This document shows, piece after piece, positions 30,429-38,626 of a DNA stretch of 64,000 nucleotides; positions within the stretch are counted from its first letter, which is position 1; each line of letters begins with the position of its first letter. Position numbers and translations under genes: made by a program. The stretch spans positions 3,834-67,833 of the forward strand of contig JABDGZ010000005.1 in the NCBI GenBank assembly GCA_013285735.1. The letters run 5' to 3'. The notes beneath the pieces were generated by a model. That model was not told where the DNA came from and did no database searches. It saw only the letters and a list, made by a program, of their open reading frames with translations. This DNA is from Candidatus Omnitrophota bacterium (GTDB taxonomy: Bacteria; Omnitrophota; Gorgyraeia; Zapsychrales; Fredricksoniimonadaceae).

Positions 30429-32090
30429 CTATTTTGCTTGTGCCAGCATATCTTGGGCGTGGGAGAGGGCGATTTTGGTGGTGTTGGCACCACTCATCAT
30501 CTGGGCGATTTCTTCGACGCGGTTTTTTCCTTCCAGTAAAATGACATCCGTGGTCGCGCGGCCTGCTTTGACGGATTTAGTCACTTTAAAATGCCGGTCA
30601 GCGAATGAGGCGATTTGGGGCAGGTGGGTGATAAGGATAACCTGACGGCAGCTGGCAAGTTCTTTTAATTTCTTGCCGGTGATGGTGCCTAAGCGTCCGC
30701 CGATTTGGGCATCGATTTCATCAAAGATAAGCACTGGGATCGGGTCGACCTTGATTAAAGCTTTCTTAAGGGCTAGCATCAGGCGTGCAGCTTCACCGGA
30801 AGAAACGATTTGGGCCAAAGGTTTCAGGTCTTCTCCAGCGTTGGGGCTGATATAAAAAACAATGTGGTCATGGCCATTCGCGTTAAAAGGAACTTTTTCA
30901 AAACGCACTTCAAATTTGACATAAAGAATGCCGAGTTCTTTTAATTCTTTCTCGATAGTGGTTTTTAAATCTTCCGCTGCTTTTTGGCGGCTTTTTGTTA
31001 TTTTTTGGGATACTGAAGATAATTCTTTTTCTTGGGACTTGAGGGTTTCGCGCAAGGTTTGGTCATTGTGTTCAAAATTCTTAATGAGATCAAGTTTTTC
31101 TTTTGATTCAATATAAAATTTTTGGGCATCTTCCAAAGTCGGCCCATATTTACGTCGGATATCTGCATAAAGATCGCATTGGTCATGAATGCTCTGCGCT
31201 GTTTGCTCGTCAAAACTAAGACTTGAAGCGTAATTATTTAATTGACCGACCAAATCATTGGTTTGATCTTGAATAACCGACAACTGATCCAGAAGAACAG
31301 ATGATTTTTCATCGATTTGGGTCAAAGCTTTCAAAGGAGTGAAGGATTTGCGAAGTAAAGCGTTAGCCCCAGCTTCTTCATCATCAAGTAATCCTAAAAG
31401 GTTTTGGATATGCTCATGCAGTTTTTCCGCATTATTCAGTTTTGTCTCCTCTTGGAGCAATTCATTGTACTTTTCTTCAGAAAGGGGGACAGCTTCTAAT
31501 TCTTTTACTTGATGGGTCAATAAGTCTAAATCACGTTGACGGGTTTGGGACAAGGCGTTTAAATCATTGAGAGCCCGGCGAGTTTCTTCGTAGGCTTTAA
31601 AGATTTTAATATATTCTTCTTTGGTGCCTTTAAAATTGACCAATTGATCGAGCATCACCAGATGCTGTTCTTCAGAAAGAAGCATCTGATGGTCATGGGG
31701 GCCGTGGAAATCAATGAGGTGATTGCCTAAATTCTTTAATTGGCCGACGGTAACTGAAAGGCCGTTAATTTTAATCTTGCCTGAAGCAGTGGCGCTGTGG
31801 ATGCGTTGAATGATGATGCTGTGATCGTCCCCGTTCAAGAATTCCTTGACGATTTCCAGTTCACGTAATTTTTTGTCAGTAATATCAAAGACCGCTTCGA
31901 TGATACAGGGATTTTTGGGGTCACGGATAGAAGAGGTATCAAGCCGCTCGCCCAAGACTGAACGCAGAGCATCAATGAGAATGGATTTACCAGCACCAGT
32001 TTCGCCAGTGAGGATATTAAAACCATCGGTAAATTCGATGGAAATTTCGTCAATGAGGCCGAAGTTGCGGATAGTTAGTTGAGTTAACAT
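30429..32090 (-). CDS. recN: DNA repair protein RecN
   Basis: 'MLTQLTIRNFGLIDEISIEFTDGFNILTGETGAGKSILIDAL' (Walker A), coiled-coil middle, C-terminal 'LIFDEIDAQIGG'. Start moved to ATG 32090; the 16-codon extension runs into an intergenic hairpin. Confidence 0.9.
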   Translation of the reverse strand: MLTQLTIRNFGLIDEISIEFTDGFNILTGETGAGKSILIDALRSVLGERLDTSSIRDPKNPCIIEAVFDITDKKLRELEIVKEFLNGDDHSIIIQRIHSATASGKIKINGLSVTVGQLKNLGNHLIDFHGPHDHQMLLSEEQHLVMLDQLVNFKGTKEEYIKIFKAYEETRRALNDLNALSQTRQRDLDLLTHQVKELEAVPLSEEKYNELLQEETKLNNAEKLHEHIQNLLGLLDDEEAGANALLRKSFTPLKALTQIDEKSSVLLDQLSVIQDQTNDLVGQLNNYASSLSFDEQTAQSIHDQCDLYADIRRKYGPTLEDAQKFYIESKEKLDLIKNFEHNDQTLRETLKSQEKELSSVSQKITKSRQKAAEDLKTTIEKELKELGILYVKFEVRFEKVPFNANGHDHIVFYISPNAGEDLKPLAQIVSSGEAARLMLALKKALIKVDPIPVLIFDEIDAQIGGRLGTITGKKLKELASCRQVILITHLPQIASFADRHFKVTKSVKAGRATTDVILLEGKNRVEEIAQMMSGANTTKIALSHAQDMLAQAK

Positions 32091-32105
32091 GACGCCTTTC
32101 CTTTT

Positions 32106-32159
32106 TGTCATTCCCGCGAACGTCGTATTGACCGACACTCACAGATGTTCGGCGGGAAT
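32106..32159. repeat. hairpin-type extragenic repeat (TGTCATTCCCGCGAA family)
   Basis: Arms ATTCCCGCGAAC (32110-32121) and GTTCGGCGGGAAT (32147-32159) are complementary with one bulge, separated by a 25-nt loop. Lies in the recN/tex divergent spacer. Confidence 0.6.
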
Positions 32160-32225
32160 CCAATATTAACAAATAAAATGATATTTGAGAAGATAATTCA
32201 GGTTTCCTGTGCTAATATTCAAACC

Positions 32226-34487
32226 GTGAACCCTCTCCATATCAGTAAAATTACGAAGGAATTAAATCTTCAACAGGCCCAAGTCATCGCGACTGCGAAT
32301 TTGCTTGCCGAAGGTTCAACGGTTCCTTTTATTGCCCGTTACAGAAAAGAAGCTACAGGAACATTAGATGAAGTAGCTATTGGAAGTATCCGCGACCGAT
32401 TGCTGCAATTACAGCAATTAGATGAACGCCGTGCCGCTGTGCTTGAGTCGATTGAAAAACAAGGTAAGCTGACTGATGAATTAAAAGGAAAAATCAATAT
32501 AGCTGAAACCATGGCTGTGTTGGAAGATTTGTATCTGCCGTATAAACCCAAACGCCGTACCCGTGCCACCATGGCCCGTGAAAAAGGCCTGGAGCCTTTG
32601 GCTTTACTTATCCTTGAGCAAAAATCTGGCGTTGATCCCAAACTTGAAGCGGCTAAATTTATAAATGCTGAATTAAAAGTAACGTCTATAGACGAAGCCT
32701 TGGCCGGTGCCCGTGATATTATTGCAGAAATAATCAATGAAGATGCTAAAGCGCGTGCAGCGATCCGTCAGTTATTTTTAGAAAAGGGTGTTTTTGATTC
32801 CAAGGTCATTAAAGGTAAAGAGACGGAGGGGATCAAATTTAAAGATTATTACGATTGGCAAGAGCCTGTTAAAGGTGCGCCATCCCATCGGGTTTTGGCG
32901 ATGCGTCGGGGAGAAAATGAAGAATTCCTGATGTTACGCATTGTGGTCCCTGATGAAGAGGCGTTATCGATTTTGATGGAAATGTTTATCAAAAGCGAAA
33001 AATCAAATTTGTGTGCCTCCCAAGTTGAAATGGCGATTGAAGACTGTTTTAAGCGTTTGCTGTCTTTGTCCATGGAAACGGAAGTTCGCCTGTTAACAAA
33101 GGGGGGCGCAGACGAGGAAGCTATTAATGTTTTCGCCGAGAATTTACGCCAATTGTTAATGGCCTCACCCTTGGGACAGAAGAATATTTTAGCGATCGAT
33201 CCCGGGTTTAGGACCGGCTGCAAAGTTGTTTGCCTGGATGCGCAGGGAAAATTATTACATAATACGGCAATTTATATTAGTCAGTCTGAAGATCAAATGG
33301 AACAGGCCGTCAAGACCATCAAAGATTTATGCCGACTTCATAAAATTGAATGCATTGCCGTTGGTAATGGTACTGCCGGACGCGAAACCGAAAGCTTTAT
33401 TCGGTCATTGAAGTTAGAGAGCATTCAAATAGTCATGGTCAATGAAAGCGGGGCTTCGATTTATTCCGCTTCTGAGGTTGCCCGCGAAGAATTTGCTGAT
33501 TATGACGTGACGGTGCGCGGCTCGGTGTCCATTGGCCGTCGTCTGCAAGATCCGTTAGCTGAACTTGTAAAGATTGATCCTAAAAGTATTGGGGTCGGGC
33601 AATATCAACACGACGTGGACCAGCCCAAACTTAAAAAATCTTTGGATGATGTGGTCATCAGTTGCGTTAATCAGGTGGGGGTGGAAGTTAATTCTGCCAG
33701 CAAGCAATTGCTGATGTATGTTTCTGGTTTGGGGCCGGCTTTAGCCGCGGCCGTCGTGGAATATCGCAATACTCATGGGGCATTTGATTCCCGTGAAAAG
33801 TTAAAGAAGGTGCCTAAGCTTGGAAGTAAAGCTTTTGAACAAGCTGCTGGCTTCTTGCGCATCCGTGACGCTAAAAATCCTTTAGATGCGTCTGGCGTTC
33901 ATCCGGAGAGCTATGAAGTGGTCGAACGGATGGCCCATGATTTAGGGGTGGCAGTGCCGGATTTAATTAAAGATGAAGCCTTACGTAAGAAAATTGATGT
34001 GCATAAATATGTAACTGCGACCGTTGGTTTGCCGACGCTATTGGATATCAAGGATGAGTTAGCTAAACCCGGACGTGACCCGCGTGCCAAGTTTGAATCT
34101 GTCCAGTTTAAAGAAGGTGTTGTGAAGATGGAAGATTTACTGCCTGGCATGGAATTAAATGGGATTGTGACGAATATTACTAATTTTGGTGCTTTTGTGG
34201 ATGTGGGGGTTCATCAGGATGGTTTGGTGCACATCAGCGCCATGTCAGATACCTACATTAAAAATCCGGCAGATTTCCTTAAAGTAGGACAGAAGGTTAA
34301 AGTGTGGGTCGTAGAAATTGATATTGCCCGCAAACGGATAAGTTTAACCATGAAAAAACATGATGCCAGTGATTCTAAATCCAAAAGTGAATCTCGCCCC
34401 AAAACAAATGTCCCCAAGCAAACTTCTTCCTATAAACCAGTCCAAGAACCTAAAACTCCTTCCCGTAAAGAATTATACCGTTGGTAA
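32226..34487 (+). CDS. tex: transcription accessory protein Tex (S1 domain)
   Basis: 'TVPFIARYRKEATG', YqgF/HhH core, C-terminal S1 'GIVTNITNFGAFVDVGVHQDGLVHIS'. Start is uncertain: GTG 32226 gives the usual ~31 aa before TVPF; ATG 32178 is the alternative. Confidence 0.85.
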   Translation: MNPLHISKITKELNLQQAQVIATANLLAEGSTVPFIARYRKEATGTLDEVAIGSIRDRLLQLQQLDERRAAVLESIEKQGKLTDELKGKINIAETMAVLEDLYLPYKPKRRTRATMAREKGLEPLALLILEQKSGVDPKLEAAKFINAELKVTSIDEALAGARDIIAEIINEDAKARAAIRQLFLEKGVFDSKVIKGKETEGIKFKDYYDWQEPVKGAPSHRVLAMRRGENEEFLMLRIVVPDEEALSILMEMFIKSEKSNLCASQVEMAIEDCFKRLLSLSMETEVRLLTKGGADEEAINVFAENLRQLLMASPLGQKNILAIDPGFRTGCKVVCLDAQGKLLHNTAIYISQSEDQMEQAVKTIKDLCRLHKIECIAVGNGTAGRETESFIRSLKLESIQIVMVNESGASIYSASEVAREEFADYDVTVRGSVSIGRRLQDPLAELVKIDPKSIGVGQYQHDVDQPKLKKSLDDVVISCVNQVGVEVNSASKQLLMYVSGLGPALAAAVVEYRNTHGAFDSREKLKKVPKLGSKAFEQAAGFLRIRDAKNPLDASGVHPESYEVVERMAHDLGVAVPDLIKDEALRKKIDVHKYVTATVGLPTLLDIKDELAKPGRDPRAKFESVQFKEGVVKMEDLLPGMELNGIVTNITNFGAFVDVGVHQDGLVHISAMSDTYIKNPADFLKVGQKVKVWVVEIDIARKRISLTMKKHDASDSKSKSESRPKTNVPKQTSSYKPVQEPKTPSRKELYRW

Positions 34488-34524
34488 CCATTGACGATAG
34501 TTTAATTTTCGGCTATCGTATTAC

Positions 34525-35427
34525 ATGCGCATTGCGATAACCGGTGCAACCGGAATGATTGGACTTAGGTTAACAGATTTTTTGTTGGCCCAAGGCCATC
34601 AAATGACAGTAGTTACTCGACGAAGTTCTTATCATCAGCCTCAGACATCGGTGATCGTTTGGGACCCATCATTAAATTATATAGAAAACGGGCGGTTAGA
34701 AGGTTTTGATGTTATTATTCATCTGGCGGGTAGCAATGTCGGTGAATATTGGAGTCCGGAATATAAGGAAGAAATTTTAGAAAGCAGGGTGCAGTCAACC
34801 AGGCTTTTATGTAAGGCTTTGTCTGAGGTGGCTTCTAAGCCTAAGCTTTTAATTGGCGCGTCAGCCATCGGGTTTTATGGCAATCATCCATCAGATAAAA
34901 TTCTAGATGAGAACAGTCCGTCGGGTGAAGGTTTTCTAGCAGATGTCTGCCGTCAATGGGAAGAAGCAACTGGTCCTGCTGCTCAAGCTGGTATTCGGGT
35001 TGTGCGCATGAGATTAGGGGTTGTTTTGAGTCAAGCAGGTGGGGCCTTAGCCAAAATGTGGCAGCCTTTTCAATTAGGCATTGGCGGTGTTTTAGGCAAT
35101 GGCCAACAGATGATGAGTTGGGTTGCTTTAGATGAAATTCCCTATGTCATTGACTATTTAATTAATAACGATAAGATTACAGGTGCAGTAAACGTAGTTT
35201 CCCCACAGGCTGTCTCAAATGCAGAGTTTACGAAAGTTTTAGGCCAGGTTATTCACCGGCCGACGTTTTTACCTGTACCTGCTTTTGTGATCCGTTTACT
35301 GTTTGGGGAAATGGGTCAGAGTTTGTTGTTGGAAGGTGCTCATGTAATCCCTCGCCGTTTGCAGGAAAGTGGCTATCAATTTCGTTTTGTTGATTTAAAG
35401 GATGCTTTAAAAATATGTCTTACTTAG
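34525..35427 (+). CDS. TIGR01777/YfcH-type epimerase family protein (DUF1731 C-terminus)
   Basis: 'MRIAITGATGMIG' Rossmann N-terminus. C-terminal 'VIPRRLQESGYQFRFVDLKDAL'. Confidence 0.7.
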   Translation: MRIAITGATGMIGLRLTDFLLAQGHQMTVVTRRSSYHQPQTSVIVWDPSLNYIENGRLEGFDVIIHLAGSNVGEYWSPEYKEEILESRVQSTRLLCKALSEVASKPKLLIGASAIGFYGNHPSDKILDENSPSGEGFLADVCRQWEEATGPAAQAGIRVVRMRLGVVLSQAGGALAKMWQPFQLGIGGVLGNGQQMMSWVALDEIPYVIDYLINNDKITGAVNVVSPQAVSNAEFTKVLGQVIHRPTFLPVPAFVIRLLFGEMGQSLLLEGAHVIPRRLQESGYQFRFVDLKDALKICLT

Positions 35428-37001
35428 TTCTAGCTCGCAAATATCGTCCTCAAAGTTTTGATGAATTAGTCGGACAAACCCACATCACCGAGCTTTTGAG
35501 AAAGTCGATTGAATCCGGCCGCATTGCCCATGCTTTTTTATTCTGCGGGCCCCGCGGGATTGGAAAAACTTCGACCGCCAGGATTTTGGCTAAATCACTT
35601 AATTGCCAGAACGGCCCGACGTTAAAACCCTGTGGTGAATGTTCTGCCTGCCTTGAAATCGCTAATGGCAACAGTTTTGACGTGATTGAGATCGATGGCG
35701 CTTCTAATCGCGGTATTGATGAAATCCGTACCCTTCGTGAGAATGTCAAATTTGCGCCCAGCTATGGTCGATATAAAATTTATATTGTTGATGAAGTCCA
35801 TATGCTCACATCGGATGCTTTTAACGCCTTGTTAAAGACTTTAGAAGAGCCTCCTGAGCATGTGAAATTTATTTTTGCCACTACCGAAGTCCATAAGGTA
35901 CCTGCAACTATTCTTTCCCGCTGCCAGCGTTTTGATTTCAAACGCATTCAGGTTGAGATCATCATGGATAATCTCAAGAATATCTGTGCTAAGGAAAATC
36001 TGAAGGCTAATGAAGAGGCTCTTTTTGCTATTGCCAAGGCGTCTCAAGGAAGCATGCGTGATGCTTTGAGTGTTTTGGATCAATTAAGTGCCCTAAGCGA
36101 TAAGGGTATCGATGCGGCAGATGTATTTTCGATGCTGGGGATGGTGGAGATTGAATTTTTATTTGACCTGACAGATGCTCTGATTGCGCGTAATTGTGTT
36201 AAGGCTTTGGATATTTTTAATCAAATCATTGAGCGAGGCAAGGATATTAAGCAATTAGGTAAAGATTTAACCGAGCATTTTAGGCATCTGATGATCGTGA
36301 AGGTAGGGGGTGTTAGTTTAAATGGTTTGATTGATTATCCATCAGGTGTCAAACAGCGTCTAGCTGTTCAAGCGGAAAAAATTACGATTGCTGGAATTCT
36401 CAAGGCCATCGAACTTTTTATTGAGGCCCAGGAGACGGCCAAGGTTATGGAGACTCTGCGTATGCCTTTGGAATTAGCTTTTGCCAAATTAACTTATGGC
36501 GGATCAACAGGAATAATATCATCAATACCGTCAGTGACGACAACTACCACAGCCAGTACTAAGCCTGGTGTTCCTGTGGCGATACCTGCGTCTGCTGCCA
36601 AGGCTCCTGTTGCGGTACAAGCGCCTAAAGTTACTATCAAGGCTGAATCATTGGAAGAGATCAAGGCGCATTGGAATGCCTTGACGCATGAAATTTCCCG
36701 TCGCAAAATGGCTTTAGCTACCTACTTACAAGAGGGAGAGCCTTGTGAGTTTAAAACAAATCGATTGGTGATTGGATTCGCCAAAGGCAACGCTTTTGCT
36801 AAAGATAGTTTAGATACAAAAGAGAATTTGAAATTCATTGAAGAGATATTTTCAGAAAAATTAAATGCTCCTATTGTTGTAGGTTTTAGAATTATAGAAA
36901 AGACGAGCACTAATATTAAACAAGAAGAACCAGTAGTCAGGACCGCTTTGGAAATGTTCGGCGGTAAAGTAGTCAAAGAATGGCCTAACGCACAGAAGTA
37001 A
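35415..37001 (+). CDS. dnaX: DNA polymerase III subunit gamma/tau
   Basis: 'LARKYRPQSFDELVGQ', 'GPRGIGKTSTARILAKSLNC', zinc module 'CGECSACLEI', 'SRCQRFDF'. Confidence 0.9.
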   Translation: MSYLVLARKYRPQSFDELVGQTHITELLRKSIESGRIAHAFLFCGPRGIGKTSTARILAKSLNCQNGPTLKPCGECSACLEIANGNSFDVIEIDGASNRGIDEIRTLRENVKFAPSYGRYKIYIVDEVHMLTSDAFNALLKTLEEPPEHVKFIFATTEVHKVPATILSRCQRFDFKRIQVEIIMDNLKNICAKENLKANEEALFAIAKASQGSMRDALSVLDQLSALSDKGIDAADVFSMLGMVEIEFLFDLTDALIARNCVKALDIFNQIIERGKDIKQLGKDLTEHFRHLMIVKVGGVSLNGLIDYPSGVKQRLAVQAEKITIAGILKAIELFIEAQETAKVMETLRMPLELAFAKLTYGGSTGIISSIPSVTTTTTASTKPGVPVAIPASAAKAPVAVQAPKVTIKAESLEEIKAHWNALTHEISRRKMALATYLQEGEPCEFKTNRLVIGFAKGNAFAKDSLDTKENLKFIEEIFSEKLNAPIVVGFRIIEKTSTNIKQEEPVVRTALEMFGGKVVKEWPNAQK

Positions 37002-37013
37002 GAATTCTATCTA

Positions 37014-37037
37014 TGTCATTCCAGCGAAAGCCGGAAT
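37014..37037. repeat. small GAAA-loop hairpin repeat (TGTCATTCCAGCGAA family)
   Basis: ATTCCAGC-GAAA-GCCGGAAT (37018-37037, one mismatch) between the dnaX stop and the recR start. Shares TGTCATTCCNGCGAA with the element at 32106. Confidence 0.55.
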
Positions 37038-37045
37038 CTTTAATT

Positions 37046-37645
37046 ATGTACCCCAAACTAATAGAAACATTAATTGAACGCTTAACAAAACTCCCTGGCA
37101 TCGGCCGCCGCAGTGCTGAACGCATCGTGTATTGGATGCTGGCCCATGATGCTCAGGATGTCAAGGCCTTGGCAGATAGTATTCAGCAGCTAAAAGAGGG
37201 TTTACGTTTTTGCAAGCAGTGCAATCATTTAAGCGAGCAGGAGTTATGCTTGGTCTGCGCAGATACTAATCGTGACCGGAAAACTATCTGTATCGTTGAG
37301 AGTCCCAAAGATCTTTTGGCCATCGAACGCACCGGCTCTTACCGGGGTATTTATTATGTCTTATTAGGCAATATTTCTCCGTCGGAAGGTCGTGGTCCTG
37401 ATGATTTGAATTTGCCTAAGTTGATTAGTCGTATCAAGGATGAAGGGATTGGGGAGATTGTGATTGCCACTGATCCGGATGCAGAAGGTGAGATGACATC
37501 ATTATACTTGTCTAAAGAGTTAAAAAATCTGGGCGCACGCATCAGCCGTATTGGGCTTGGCATACCCGTCGGTTCTGCCGTTGAATATGTGGATATCTCC
37601 ACATTAACAATGTCCATGAACTCTCGCAGATTGGTTGACTTCTAA
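37046..37645 (+). CDS. recR: recombination protein RecR
   Basis: 'LTKLPGIGRRSAERI' (HhH), C4 'CKQCNHLSEQELCLVC', Toprim 'ICIVESPKD'. Start at ATG 37046; the upstream extension covers the hairpin repeat. Confidence 0.9.
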   Translation: MYPKLIETLIERLTKLPGIGRRSAERIVYWMLAHDAQDVKALADSIQQLKEGLRFCKQCNHLSEQELCLVCADTNRDRKTICIVESPKDLLAIERTGSYRGIYYVLLGNISPSEGRGPDDLNLPKLISRIKDEGIGEIVIATDPDAEGEMTSLYLSKELKNLGARISRIGLGIPVGSAVEYVDISTLTMSMNSRRLVDF

Positions 37646-37662
37646 AACTTTTTAAGTATAAT
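37635..37662 (+). promoter_or_regulatory. sigma70-like promoter for the tRNA-Asn gene
   Basis: TTGACT (37635-37640), 16-nt spacer, TATAAT (37657-37662). Lies about 38 nt upstream of the tRNA 5' end, inside the recR 3' end. Confidence 0.45.
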
Positions 37663-37699
37663 AGCCGTACTTTTTATTTCGTTCTTAAAAAAGCTTTAT

Positions 37700-37980
37700 T
37701 CCCCTGTAGCTCAGTCGGTAGAGCAACTGGCTGTTACGTAAAGTTAGCAGCCTTTAGCGGAAACGCTAGAGTGATAAGTGGGCTAAGTCAGGGAAACCCA
37801 TTAGTTTAATGGGCAATCCTGAGCTAGCATCTATCAGTTAAATGGTAGAGGGCAAGTGCAGAGACTTTACACCCACCGCCCACAGTCTTTTTAGACCGGG
37901 CGAAGAGAAAGTCCGACTCCTGTCGTAAGATAGGTCAGATTGTAACCAGTATGTCCGAGGTTCGAGCCCTCGCGGGGGAG
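37700..37980 (+). tRNA. tRNA-Asn(GUU) interrupted in the anticodon loop by a 208-nt intron
   Basis: Exon 1 (37700-37734): acceptor TCCCCTG, D-arm GCTC-AGTCGGTA-GAGC, anticodon stem ACTGG, then CTGT. Exon 2 (37943-37980): TAA, CCAGT, variable ATGTC, T-arm CGAGG-TTCGAGC-CCTCG, acceptor CGGGGGA, discriminator G. The spliced loop CTGTTAA gives anticodon GTT. CCA is not encoded. Confidence 0.85.
37735..37942 (+). ncRNA. group I intron (IC3-like, no ORF)
   Basis: P1: exon GGCTGT pairs with intron GCAGCC (37747-37752), with a U.G pair at the splice site. P10: GTTA (37743-37746) pairs with exon-2 TAAC. The terminal nucleotide is G (37942). Conserved core strings: TCAGGGAAACC (37788), GGCAATCCTGAGC (37812), GTGCAGAGACT (37856), GAGAAAGTCC (37905). 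Confidence 0.8.
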
Positions 37981-37988
37981 CTTCTTCT

Positions 37989-38039
37989 AGAAAGTCTGCA
38001 ACATATTGAAATTTAATAAGTTGCAGACTTTCTATTTTT
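37989..38039 (+). terminator. rho-independent terminator after the tRNA
   Basis: 14-bp perfect stem AGAAAGTCTGCAAC (37989-38002) / GTTGCAGACTTTCT (38020-38033), followed by ATTTTT. Confidence 0.65.
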
Positions 38040-38050
38040 ATTACGTCGAG

Positions 38051-38065
38051 AAAATCCGAACTTTT
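38051..38065. repeat. inverted partial copy (L1) of the cassette-end core
   Basis: AAAATCCGAACTTTT is the reverse complement of the AAAAGTTCGGATTTT core found in the four R elements. Lies 11 nt after the tRNA terminator. Confidence 0.6.
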
Positions 38066-38116
38066 GAATTCGAAATTACGATTGCGGTGTCATTTTTGTT
38101 GTGTTATAGTTCTTTT

Positions 38117-38368
38117 ATGCCGACGATACTTGAAATTTTAGGGTAGAGACTGTTTTTTTATGCGAATGAAAATAACGAGCCAATACATATTCATGCCCGT
38201 AAAGCAGGGATGGAATGTAAATATTGGATTGACGTTAAAGGGTTTGATATCACCGAAGCATATTCCTTTGGCTTGAAGGAAAAAGAAAAAAGGGAAATCC
38301 GTAGAATTATTTTTGATCATTTTGATTACATTGTAGATAAATGGAATGAATTTGAGAGGAGAAAATAA
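38117..38368 (+). pseudogene. DUF4160 family protein gene with in-frame TAG at codon 10
   Basis: Translation 'MPTILEILG*RLFFYANENNEPIHIHARKAGMECKYWIDVKGFDITEAYSFGLKEKEKREIRRIIFDHFDYIVDKWNEFERRK'. The TAG is at 38144-38146. The ORF abuts the DUF2442 start, the usual pair arrangement. A TTGCGG-17-TATAGT promoter-like site lies upstream. Confidence 0.6.
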
Positions 38369-38626
38369 ATGAAACCAATACATAGAATTCAAAGAATAGC
38401 TTTTTCAGGCTCTCAATTGAAGATAAAAGTGGATGGTAAAGAAGTTGTTATTAATTTAACCAAAGTTTCTCCAAGATTACTTAAGGCTTCGAAAAAAGAA
38501 CGTGAAGCTTATGAGATTTCTCCTTCTGGGTATGGTATACATTGGCCGCTGATTGATGAAGATCTTTCCGTTGATTCACTTTTAGGGATTAAACATTTGC
38601 CTTCCAAAGAATTTGTTAGTAAATAA
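38369..38626 (+). CDS. DUF2442 family protein
   Basis: 85 aa. 'YGIHWPLIDEDLSVDSLLG' is the DUF2442 hallmark. AGGAG RBS upstream. Confidence 0.7.
   Translation: MKPIHRIQRIAFSGSQLKIKVDGKEVVINLTKVSPRLLKASKKEREAYEISPSGYGIHWPLIDEDLSVDSLLGIKHLPSKEFVSK

Noticed and set aside
32091-32225. Long N-terminal extensions of recN (to 32138) and tex (from 32145) given by the ORF track.
   Set aside because: The extensions run through the intergenic hairpin repeat and are not family-like. Internal starts reproduce the canonical N-termini (MLTQLTIRNFG...; ~31 aa before TVPFIARYRKE).
38138-38392. 84-aa minus-strand ORF.
   Set aside because: It overlaps the + strand DUF4160/DUF2442 pair, whose translations are family-like. 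The minus peptide has no recognisable features.
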